From Cyanophora paradoxa CCMP329 (taxonomy: Eukaryota > Plantae > Glaucophyta), in assembly GCA_004431415.1 (NCBI GenBank), contig QPMI01000569.1, forward strand, positions 310,001 to 374,000: 64,000 nt of DNA. Direction: 5' to 3'. The notes beneath the pieces were generated by a model. It was not told where the DNA came from and ran no database searches. It saw only the letters and a program-made list of their open reading frames with translations. The position numbers and the translations under genes are program-made. Below are positions 1-8,399 of this stretch, piece by piece (the first letter of the stretch is position 1; each line of letters starts with the position of its first letter).

Positions 1-195
1 TTTGCATCTACCCCATCTGTTGTTGCAACATTGGAGGGACTACCTGCAACTAATGTAGAAATCGACTACAAAATGGGAATATCAAGTAACTCAACCACCT
101 CAACCACCATAAATCTTGTTGTTTGGGCAGCAGGATATGTAAACATACAACCCCAAACTTTCATGGTCACAGTGCATTGGATAGCAACAGCATAA
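1..195 (+). CDS. C-terminal part of a fibre-like protein (H-type lectin/gp53-like tip), truncated by the window edge
   Basis: Frame +1 is open from base 1 to TAA at 193-195: FASTPSVVATLEG...SSNSTTSTTINLVVW...VTVHWIATA, matching the F..TP.V...V.WIA pattern of fibre-tip lectin-like domains. Confidence 0.5.
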   Translation, partial: FASTPSVVATLEGLPATNVEIDYKMGISSNSTTSTTINLVVWAAGYVNIQPQTFMVTVHWIATA

Positions 196-220
196 TTAAG
201 ATTCTCACACTATTACAAAG

Positions 221-1273
221 ATGACCTCTGTATTAGAAATCCCAAACTACGAATTCGCAGCAAAATCACTCCACAGCACCTCTCATGAAGTAGTTGACTC
301 CACACCTGGGAATATTTGCACTGAAACATCAAGCAATACCTCTTTCACAGAGAACAATGTACTCAGAGTCAAAGAGATTAGATGTGATCGAAATGGAGGC
401 AAGATAAGAACCACAGGAATTATTATCTCGAATAAAAATCAAGTTCAAGCAGGTCAGGTAGTTCCGGATTCAGCAATATATGATAATGTAGGTGGATTCA
501 CCACAGCACAGATAGTTACTTTCGATAACACAAGCAATAATTCCGCTCTTGTAGTCAAGAGTGGAGGAGCCTATATTGGTGATGGGGCAATTGTGGTGGG
601 GACTATCACAGCAAATCAATTAAATGTGAGTGGGACATGTTCATTAGATTCTTTGATGACTTTAAACTATGGTCTGTTGGGGAGTATTCGTTATGGAACT
701 CTTCAAGCATTTCTGAGAGTTCAAACACCTGAAATAGATAATGGGGCAGATGCAAATATGAATTACAAACGAAATGGGAATACAGTATTCTCTCTTGAAA
801 AAACAGCAACAGGCCTGAGAACCTTCACAATCCCGGTAAATAGTGGTCTTAAACGAACCTCTTGCCCAAGAATGTGTATTTCAAGACAAGCAGCAAACAT
901 GACAGGGAACTTTTCAGTATCATCTGGATCTGATGTTAATTTCACAGGAGGCGCTTATCTTGTGAACAATGAAGGCAGTTTTAGCTCAACAACATTCACA
1001 GCACCTGTAACAGGAGTTTATCGAGTGTTTTTTACAGGCACAAGAACAGATAATCTTTCTGGTTACACCTCTTATTTCAATATTCGAATAAATGGAGTCA
1101 ATTCGTTACATGAGTTCCGAGCTACTTCAACATCAAATAATCATAATCTTTCATATGAGACCTTACTACCTCTTGTTGCTGGTGATAATTTCCGCATACG
1201 AAATGCAGACGGTGCAAATACGACTATGGATATCCGATTTTACTTAGGTTGTTATCTTGTAAGTGCTACATAA
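221..1273 (+). CDS. Viral fibre/spike-like protein with C-terminal C1q/TNF-like domain
   Basis: 350-aa ORF with C1q signature FTAPVTGVYRVFF...L.LVAGD...YLGCYL; N-terminal module KEIRCDRNGG..TT...SGGAYIGDG shared with downstream paralogs. Confidence 0.75.
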   Translation: MTSVLEIPNYEFAAKSLHSTSHEVVDSTPGNICTETSSNTSFTENNVLRVKEIRCDRNGGKIRTTGIIISNKNQVQAGQVVPDSAIYDNVGGFTTAQIVTFDNTSNNSALVVKSGGAYIGDGAIVVGTITANQLNVSGTCSLDSLMTLNYGLLGSIRYGTLQAFLRVQTPEIDNGADANMNYKRNGNTVFSLEKTATGLRTFTIPVNSGLKRTSCPRMCISRQAANMTGNFSVSSGSDVNFTGGAYLVNNEGSFSSTTFTAPVTGVYRVFFTGTRTDNLSGYTSYFNIRINGVNSLHEFRATSTSNNHNLSYETLLPLVAGDNFRIRNADGANTTMDIRFYLGCYLVSAT

Positions 1274-1295
1274 TATTGTCTATCTATTATAAAGA

Positions 1296-2321
1296 ATTTC
1301 TACACAAATCGCTGTTCCTGTTTTCTGTTATGCAGCTCCAAAAATACATCAACTCAACCACACTGTAACAGATGCAACCCCTGGGTTTATTTGCACTGAA
1401 ACGACAGGAGCCGACTCGTTTTCTCAAAACTCTGTGATAAGATGCAAAGAAATTCGATGTGATCGCAACAATGGAAAGGTCAGAGCCACAGGTTTAATAG
1501 TTTCAAACAAGAACCAAGTTCAATCGGGATCAATTGTCTCTGATTCAGCAGTTTATGATGATGTGGGAGGGGTCGCCACACCAAAGATTGTAACTTTTGA
1601 CAACACCATTAATAATTCGGCTCTTGTAGTAAGAAGTGGAGGGGCATACATTGGAGATGGGGCAAGAATTGATGGAACCCTTACAGCTAACCAAATTACA
1701 GTTACAGGAGCGACCACCTTTAATGGAATGGTGACAGCCAATGAAGGTGTGTATGTTCCAGGTGTTCAGCAATCTATTGTCACAGCAACTACAAAAATTA
1801 TAACACCTGAAATTGATACAGGGACGACTACAAATCTCGTTTTAAAACGCGATAGTGATATTATGGCGACTCTTGAAGCCAATAGTTTGACCCTGAATAC
1901 AAATTGTTATTTGAAGTATGATTTTCAACCTCGATTCTGTGCTCAACTTGGTTATACACACACTGCTACCAGTGCTGCTGTTCTGATAAATTGGGTAACA
2001 GTATATGTGAATAATAGGGATGGATTCGATGTGACTAATGGAAGGTTCACAGCTCCTGTTGCGGGTCATTACAGATTTACAGCATATACTCATTCGACAA
2101 CAAGTAGTTCCATAAGTCTCACCATGAATGTTAATGATCAACCACCCAATAGTGGTCAGAGTATTTTTACAACCAATACTTCCTCTGTCACGAATAAACC
2201 TCTAAATCTCAATGTTATTCTCAATATTGCAATGGGCGAATATGTGACACTTGTAACAAATACTGTGGGTAGCTATACAAATCGAACAATGTTCACAGGT
2301 GAACTTTTAAGTATCACATAA
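1296..2321 (+). CDS. Paralogous fibre-like protein with C1q domain; the start codon appears mutated to ATT
   Basis: The frame is open 46 codons upstream of the GTG at 1434 and aligns with the N-terminus of 221..1273 (DATPGFICTET vs DSTPGNICTET); C1q motif GRFTAPVAGHYRF...FTGELL. Confidence 0.7.
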   Translation: MSTQIAVPVFCYAAPKIHQLNHTVTDATPGFICTETTGADSFSQNSVIRCKEIRCDRNNGKVRATGLIVSNKNQVQSGSIVSDSAVYDDVGGVATPKIVTFDNTINNSALVVRSGGAYIGDGARIDGTLTANQITVTGATTFNGMVTANEGVYVPGVQQSIVTATTKIITPEIDTGTTTNLVLKRDSDIMATLEANSLTLNTNCYLKYDFQPRFCAQLGYTHTATSAAVLINWVTVYVNNRDGFDVTNGRFTAPVAGHYRFTAYTHSTTSSSISLTMNVNDQPPNSGQSIFTTNTSSVTNKPLNLNVILNIAMGEYVTLVTNTVGSYTNRTMFTGELLSIT

Positions 2322-2343
2322 ATTTTCTCTCTGTAAAGTAGGA

Positions 2344-2610
2344 ATGTCAAATATCTACCAAGTAGTTCTAACTGATACCGAAAAGTTGGGAATGGAATAT
2401 TGTGCTGCTTCTGTTCAGGATTGGATTGATAATGTCGTTCATAACAGGGCAAGAATTGCAATTGAAGAGATTGTTCAAAAAGAGGTTCAATCTTGCATCT
2501 CATCAGGAGTTCAGATACCAACCTCAAAGGAAGCGATTGTATTACAGGCATTCCAAAGGGGAACTGTAAAGAAAGGTATCGAGTATAACAATGTCACAGA
2601 AGAGCAATGA
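2344..2610 (+). CDS. Small hypothetical protein, possibly a fibre assembly or accessory factor
   Basis: Clean 88-aa ORF filling the gap between fibre genes; helical motif QDWIDNVVHNRARIAIEEIV resembles small phage proteins next to tail-fibre genes (recalled, not searched). Confidence 0.55.
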   Translation: MSNIYQVVLTDTEKLGMEYCAASVQDWIDNVVHNRARIAIEEIVQKEVQSCISSGVQIPTSKEAIVLQAFQRGTVKKGIEYNNVTEEQ

Positions 2611-2645
2611 ACATTATTTTTCTTTCCTTCTTAGTAAAAGAAGCA

Positions 2646-3500
2646 ATGGGTGAATATAATCGAGTTCAACTTCCAATATATTCCCTTGGATCCCCAGCAA
2701 TGCACTTTCGCCAGCATGAAGTTAATGATGAGGTTCGTGGTTTAGAATCCACAGAGAGACCCAATTCCAATGGTAACTCCTTTGATAAAAATTCGATTAT
2801 TCGAGTTAAAGAGCTGAGAGCAGACAAGAATTCGGGTGTGGTTAAAACAACTCGACTCCTTGTATCAAATGCGAATTTCTTCCAACCAACTAATGGAGGT
2901 CCTGATGCTTACAGTGTTGATCTGAAAGCCCTCGATTTCGATAAGAATTCTGCTGCTGCTACAATTCGTTCAGGTGGAGCATTTATTGGTGGTGGCTGTC
3001 GAGTTTCAGGTCAACTTTCTTCATCAATTTCGTATAATGATGTCCCAGATACTCTTGAACAGAATGTGGAGAACCCACAATGAATTCGGTTCTATAAACC
3101 AGTTGCACAGCAACCTTTTCTGCATTTCTATGTTGCATCATCTGTCACTCTTGAAAATTCAGAATTGGTTTCCATTACAGGAACTGATCGAGTGAGAAGG
3201 AATATTCCTCTTCCCACAGCAATGCTCTCAATGTGCAGAGCAAATAATAACCAACAAGGTCACAATTACCTATTCTTTGTTCAAGCATCCAACCATTTTG
3301 GTCGGGGATATTGTGTTTATAACAATCTGACATTTACTTATGATTTGTTTGTCACTGAGGTTGGAGTTTACAATACTATGATTATGGGACTGAGAACAGA
3401 TATAGCAGCTGTTTCAGCACTTCGTGGGGTAAACATTGCAGATATCTTCACAACAGGGTTTTACCAGGAACCAGATGTGATTGATAACCCAACCCCATAA
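2646..3500 (+). pseudogene. Fibre-family paralog interrupted by one in-frame TGA at 3081-3083
   Basis: ORFs 2607..3083 and 3165..3500 share a frame with only this stop between them; NPQ*IRFYKP aligns with PNTRIRTYVP of 3524..4351, so CGA>TGA is likely. Confidence 0.75.
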
Positions 3501-3523
3501 ATTATATATCACTTTAATGTAAA

Positions 3524-4351
3524 ATGGCTGCCCCAGTAGAGCGAATTATTACACCCCAGCTATCATTAGCAGCACCTGCAAATCACGTTTTGCAGCATGC
3601 TACTTTTGATGATGTAGAAGGTCTCCAATCCACAGAAGTCCAACCTACAATGAATACCTTTGGTTCCACCCATAAACTGAGATTGCAGGAACTCAGGTGT
3701 GATAAAAATAATGGTATAGTTAAGACAACGAAACTCCTTGTCACCAATGCAAACTTTTCTGCCCACTATGGAGACCCAGACAGTTATGGTGATCATCTTT
3801 CTACTTACTCTTTTGAATCTCGGTCGGGAGCTATTAACTGCAAAACGGGGGGAGCATATATTGGTGATGGTCTTCGGATTGGTGGAGCTGTTGGTGCGCC
3901 TCTTTTCGTAAATGATCAACCCAACCCCATTGATCCCAACACCAGAATTCGCACCTATGTCCCCAGTATGAATGCACCATATATTATAAAGATCTTCCCA
4001 ATTGTTGTGAATGAGCAGACATCAGTAGTTGATTCTCTTGTTGAGATTGGTGACCACTACAAGGTGGTTGTCGATATCCCACCAGATGTTTATGCTGTCT
4101 GTCAAGTAGAGGGTGGAACCCCAAATATTGCAGTTGTGATCACCCCATATGACAATTTCGGAATTGCTTATCATGGAGTGAATTTCGGTCTTGAAGATTA
4201 CCAGTTCTTGGTGAGAGCCACCAGATTTGGTATCTACAAATGCATTCTCTATGCTGAGAGAACCGATGCTATTGCAAAACAGAATACATATGCAGAATAT
4301 TACGGCACAAATCGCTACTTCCCCATTTTCGGGCAGGATACTGCTCCATAG
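3524..4351 (+). CDS. Fibre-family paralog with a non-C1q C-terminal domain
   Basis: Shares the LQELRCDKNNGIVKTT and GGAYIGDG N-terminal module; its C-terminus is related to that of 2646..3500. Confidence 0.7.
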   Translation: MAAPVERIITPQLSLAAPANHVLQHATFDDVEGLQSTEVQPTMNTFGSTHKLRLQELRCDKNNGIVKTTKLLVTNANFSAHYGDPDSYGDHLSTYSFESRSGAINCKTGGAYIGDGLRIGGAVGAPLFVNDQPNPIDPNTRIRTYVPSMNAPYIIKIFPIVVNEQTSVVDSLVEIGDHYKVVVDIPPDVYAVCQVEGGTPNIAVVITPYDNFGIAYHGVNFGLEDYQFLVRATRFGIYKCILYAERTDAIAKQNTYAEYYGTNRYFPIFGQDTAP

Positions 4352-4378
4352 AAATCTCAGGTATATATAGAGAGAGGG

Positions 4379-4651
4379 ATGGATGATAAAACAAAGAAAT
4401 TCATAGAATCTGCAATGATGGTTCATGGTGATGCTAAATTCGATTATAGTGAGACAGTCTATAAGAAAGCACAAGAGAAGGTATCTGTTAGATGCCTTAA
4501 ATGCAACAAGATCCTGCAAACCTACCCATTTAATCATGTAAGGGGAAGTGGATGCAGAGAGTGCAACAAGAAATCCTCTCATGCATATAGAAAAAAGACT
4601 ACATCAGGAATTGTGATAGATGATAAACCAGTAGTACTGTACTTTGATTAG
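4379..4651 (+). CDS. Zn-ribbon (DUF723-like) domain protein typical of large DNA viruses and endonuclease-associated repeats
   Basis: FI..A..VHGD.KFDYS...Y......V.V.C..C.......P..H..GSGC.EC pattern. Confidence 0.65.
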   Translation: MDDKTKKFIESAMMVHGDAKFDYSETVYKKAQEKVSVRCLKCNKILQTYPFNHVRGSGCRECNKKSSHAYRKKTTSGIVIDDKPVVLYFD

Positions 4652-4797
4652 ATCTTTGAGAGAGAAATGAGAATCTTTCCCCATTTTCCCTTGGTGATTA
4701 TGCATGTGTCAAAGCAGTTTGGACAGGTCTTGTGGTAGTGCAACAGAATGATATCCACCAACTCATAAGGTAGCACTCTTGCTAAGATGGTTCGCAT
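4648..4797 (-). CDS. Small 49-aa protein with an F-box-like LPYELVDIIL motif and CxxC
   Basis: Translated by hand: MRTILARVLPYELVDIILLHYHKTCPNCFDTCIITKGKWGKILISLSKI; it fills the intergenic gap and is below the ORF-track cutoff. Confidence 0.35.
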   Translation of the reverse strand: MRTILARVLPYELVDIILLHYHKTCPNCFDTCIITKGKWGKILISLSKI

Positions 4798-4837
4798 TCT
4801 ACCAATCGCGTTTTTAATTTTTCTAAATTATTCATAA

Positions 4838-5239
4838 ATGAATACTCATCGAGGCTTCCATGTGATGCTGGATTACAAATTCAGAACCCAATTAGCAGTA
4901 GGAATGGAAAACTTGGAGACAACAACCAGGTGGTTAATGCAGTTCTTGCAAACTATTATTCAAGAGCAAGGTATTCGAGTAGTTCACAAGCATTGCGAGA
5001 TTTTCGATGGTGGTATTTCTCCTCCTGGTTTTGCAATGGTTCTTCTGCTGGATGAGAGCCACTGCACTGCTCATTGTTACTCAAACGAAGGTATGTTGGC
5101 GATTGATATATTCAGTTGTGGATTAGAAGCAGAGAGAAAAACCACGAGAGTATCTCATGAGATAGATGAGAGAATAACAGGTGTGTTTTCAGGGTTGGAG
5201 AAATCGGAGAAACATAGAGTATTGCGATTTCCGAGTTAG
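4838..5239 (+). CDS. speD: Prokaryote-type pyruvoyl-dependent S-adenosylmethionine decarboxylase family proenzyme
   Basis: G.HVMLD, PPG...VLLLDESHCTAH (ES self-cleavage site), AIDIFSCG; 133 aa matches the short bacterial class. Confidence 0.85.
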   Translation: MNTHRGFHVMLDYKFRTQLAVGMENLETTTRWLMQFLQTIIQEQGIRVVHKHCEIFDGGISPPGFAMVLLLDESHCTAHCYSNEGMLAIDIFSCGLEAERKTTRVSHEIDERITGVFSGLEKSEKHRVLRFPS

Positions 5240-5298
5240 TTGACACTGAGAAATTCAGAATTTCAGATGGTCTTACTGAAAATGGTCAGATAATCGGG

Positions 5299-5740
5299 TG
5301 TGACACCTATTTAATTGACTGTGACGCCTCTTTAATTGACTGTGACGCCTGTGACGCCTGTGACGCCTACTTTCAAACTTTTTTAAAATTTTCAAAAATG
5401 ACAGACTTCTGAAAACAGCCGTCACAGCCGTCACAGGCGTCACACCCAATTAAAAATGGAATCTCTTTCTCTTACTGAGATTTTCAAAAATATATTCTTG
5501 TCTTACTGAAATCCGTCTTGTGACACCTCTGACACCTACAAAACACTATCCATTAATCAACCTTTTTTGAAAATGCGAAGTTGTCTTACTGGAAATGGTC
5601 TGCAATTTCGCTGTGACACCTAATTTAATTGAGTGTGACGCCTGTGACGCCTGTGACACCTACTTTCAAACTTTTTAAAATTTTCAAAAATGACAGACTT
5701 CTGAAAACAGGCGTCACAGCCGTCACAGGCGTCACAGACA
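5299..5740. repeat. Two copies (offset about 293 bp) of a palindromic iteron-like unit: 3x TGTGACGCC, about 50 bp AT-rich spacer, 3x G(G/C)CGTCACA
   Basis: Direct copies at 5341/5350/5359 with inverted copies at 5418-5444; repeated at 5634-5660 and 5710-5736; dispersed TCTTACTG motifs around them. Confidence 0.85.
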
Positions 5741-5849
5741 TTCCACCCCTCTTACTGACTTTCTCAAAAACAAAACTATCTCTTACTGAATATCATTTGA
5801 ATACTACCTGTCACACTTGATCTCAATTATTCTGTTTTATAGAACATAT

Positions 5850-6108
5850 GCAATCTAATCGATTGTTCAATTGGAGACCATGCAACTCTGTGACACTTTT
5901 TCAATCTAAAATATACATCCGCAATCTCATCGATTGTTTAATTGGAGACCATGCAGTTCCGATATATTCCAATAGAAAATCCCGCAATCTAATCGATTGT
6001 TTAATTGGAGATAATGCAACTCTGTGACACTTTTTCGGTGCAAAAATGTACATCAGCAATCTCATCGATTGTTCAATTGGACACAATGCAACTCTGTGAC
6101 ACTTTTTG
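5850..6108. repeat. Four degenerate 63-72 bp subterminal tandem repeats
   Basis: GCAATCT(A/C)ATCGATTGTT(C/T)AATTGGA core at 5850, 5921, 5984 and 6056. Confidence 0.85.
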
Positions 6109-6417
6109 CATTTTTCGATACAGAATGGGCGGTGGTCTACTTCAATACAAGAGAGATATATCGAGTTTATGCGAATTTATGCAATTTAATCGCGATTATA
6201 TCGATCTTTAAGTAGTTTAATGCAAATTAATCGCAGTTATATATGTAATCGACAAAGAACATAATCAATCGATATAAGATCAATTGATTCAATCGTAAAT
6301 ATGCATAAAATTAAACGCGTTTTTCATTTTTAATACAAAGTTTGCATTAATTTATACAAAGTTTGCATAAAAAGTTAAAGAATTTAATCGATAAATACGT
6401 ATTTTAGTATTAATTTT

Positions 6418-6504
6418 GACACATATGTATAAACTTATTTAAATCCAGGAGCGAAGCGCGAAGCGCGAAGCGGAGGGATTTAAATAAGTTTATACATATG
6501 TGTC
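6418..6504. repeat. Terminal hairpin: perfect 29-bp inverted repeat around a 29-nt loop containing (GCGAAGC)x3
   Basis: GACACATATGTATAAACTTATTTAAATCC at 6418-6446 and its exact reverse complement at 6476-6504; GCGAAGC at 6451, 6458 and 6465. Confidence 0.95.
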
Positions 6505-7991
6505 TGAGTCGTGATCCCGACGTCTACGAGACCTGCTTCGGCTGCGGGCAGGCGCGGGAACGCTTTGCGAAGGAGGCGGGACGCTACTGTCTCTCTCGCT
6601 CCGGTGTGGTCCTCCGCGCGCCCCTCTTCCCAACGATGGGCTCGCCGGTGGTAGTGCCCCAACGCTGGAGAGCTGCGGTGATGGAAGCGTATCACGATGA
6701 CTGGGCTCACCGAGGTGCGTCCATCGTCGCCCGGCGCATCGCGACTCGCTTCTGGTGGCCTGGCATGACGAACATGGTGCACCGCTACGTTCGCACCTGC
6801 CATCACTGCCAGTTGGCGAAAGCCAAGCACCGGCCTCGAGTGCAGCACATGATCATCGAATCGCGGCACCCTGGCGACCTGCGCCAAGCTGATCTCTGTC
6901 CGATGCCTCACGCCAAAGATGCCCCTCACCGCTTCACGCAAGTGCTGATTGACATCGACGCGTACACCAAGTATCCGGAGATCATCATGCTCACGGAAGC
7001 TGACGGCACGGCCATGGAGTGGGCTGCGCAGAGCATTCAGTCCTCAAACGGCACGCCCAAACGTTACCTCACTGACAACGGCATGGTGTTCAAGCCGAAC
7101 ACGCCCTGGGGCAAGTTCTGGACCAAGCAGGGCGTGCGGCTCATCTACACTGGTGTCTCTCATCAGTCGACCAACGGCGGTGCCGAACGACTTGTCGGGG
7201 TGTACAAGCGGCTTATCTTCGCGCTCTGCGCCGAAGACAAGCGTGACAACGTCTACTGGCCTTACTACCACTACCGTGTGCTCTTCGCGCTGCGCACTAC
7301 GATCCACGCGGCAACCGGCTTCTCCCCGGCTACGCTTCACCATGGACGCGAGCTGGTGCTGCCCGGGGACCTCCGTTTGGATCTTGTTCAGCGTGAACCC
7401 TTCGGCGAGCCTTACACGTACGCGGAGTACGCGCTGGCTGTCGCGCGGGCGGCTTCAAGTGTCGCTGAGGCGGTCAAGGCCCATCGGAAGATGTACAATC
7501 ACAAGCTTCTTCGCTACGGCACCGGCAACGAACCTCGTCAGATTTTCGTGCCGGGCGACAAGGTGCTTTGCTGGAGCGAGAGTGCGAAGGCAACCAACGT
7601 CATGAAGCACGGTACCCGCAACGGCTGGACCGGCCAGTACGTGGTTGTGGAGGTCTTCTCTCACGGCTACCTCTACACTGTATGCGGCGACCCGTCGTCT
7701 CGGATGCATCGTTCAATGGACGTTGTGGTGCATGTCGACAACATCATCCCTTACTACGACCGCCCCGATAATTTCGCCGAGGATCCGAAGCCTGGTCGGC
7801 CTCGACGGCGTGCCCCTGAACCTGCTCCTCCGCCTCCGGTACATTTGGACGCGGATGGTGACCAGCAGATGGAGGATCCGCCGATCCTGCGTGACGACGA
7901 GCCTCACTCGGAGGGCCGCCGGCCGAGGAGGACAGCGACGACGACTCCGTGGAGTCTGAGCAGGAAGAGAGCGTACAGCTCCATGTTGTAG
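6505..7991 (+). mobile_element. Ty3/gypsy LTR-retrotransposon pol fragment (integrase), 5'-truncated
   Basis: HHCC finger (YHDDWAH...FWWPGM...CHHCQ), DDE core (ADL..., TDNG, NGGAER) and a GPY/F-like WTGQYVV motif; the ATG at 6498 lies inside the viral hairpin arm and is fortuitous. Confidence 0.92.
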
Positions 7992-8175
7992 GCTGGCCGA
8001 AGCACGACTTCGCCTAGCTATGACGCTGGGGCTGGTGGCGTTCGTTTCTATGACGGGCGCGGAGCTCGGGTCCCTGAGCTTCACCTGAGTAGCCCTGGTA
8101 GTTGATGTGATGACCGTGAGGGCGCTGCATCCGGCAGCGGACCCTGAGGGCTGCCGCACCAGCGGCAGGCTCTGT

Positions 8176-8399
8176 TGATGGCTGGCCGCTGCTCATCGCA
8201 GCGGAGGGCCACTGCACCCGGCAGTGGGCCCTGATGGTTGGCCGCTGCTCATCGCAGCGGAGGGCCACTGCACCCGGCAGTGGGCCCTGATGGTTGGCCG
8301 CTGCTCATCGCAGCGGAGGGCCACTGCACCCGGCAGTGGGCCCTGATGGTTGGCCGCTGCTCATCGCAGCGGAGGGCCACTGCACCCGGGAGTGGGCCC
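8176..8399. repeat. 4x 56-bp tandem repeat, each unit with two stem-loops
   Basis: Units at 8176, 8232, 8288 and 8344; CCGCTGC-tcatc-GCAGCGG and GGGCCACTGC-acccg-GCAGTGGGCCC. Confidence 0.9.

Larger units (their letters stand above)
1..6504. mobile_element. Right end of an endogenous AT-rich DNA virus-like element (lineage undetermined; no capsid or polymerase gene in this window)
   Basis: Sharp AT-rich to GC-rich switch at 6504; tightly packed, intronless, mostly co-oriented ORFs of viral type (fibre/C1q, Zn-ribbon, bacterial-type AdoMetDC); subterminal repeats and a terminal hairpin. Confidence 0.75.

Noticed and set aside
5629-5820. ORF MSVTPVTPVTP... and the similar ORFs at 35406 and 35899
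   Set aside because: The peptide periodicity just reflects the 9-bp DNA iterons; most likely non-coding.
1-7991. Polinton/Maverick with its own integrase
   Set aside because: The integrase lies outside the terminal hairpin, is GC-rich, and is a gypsy-type pol fragment.
8176-8399. CRISPR-like array of palindromic repeats
   Set aside because: Units are contiguous with no unique spacers, no cas genes are present, and the context is a eukaryotic retrotransposon.
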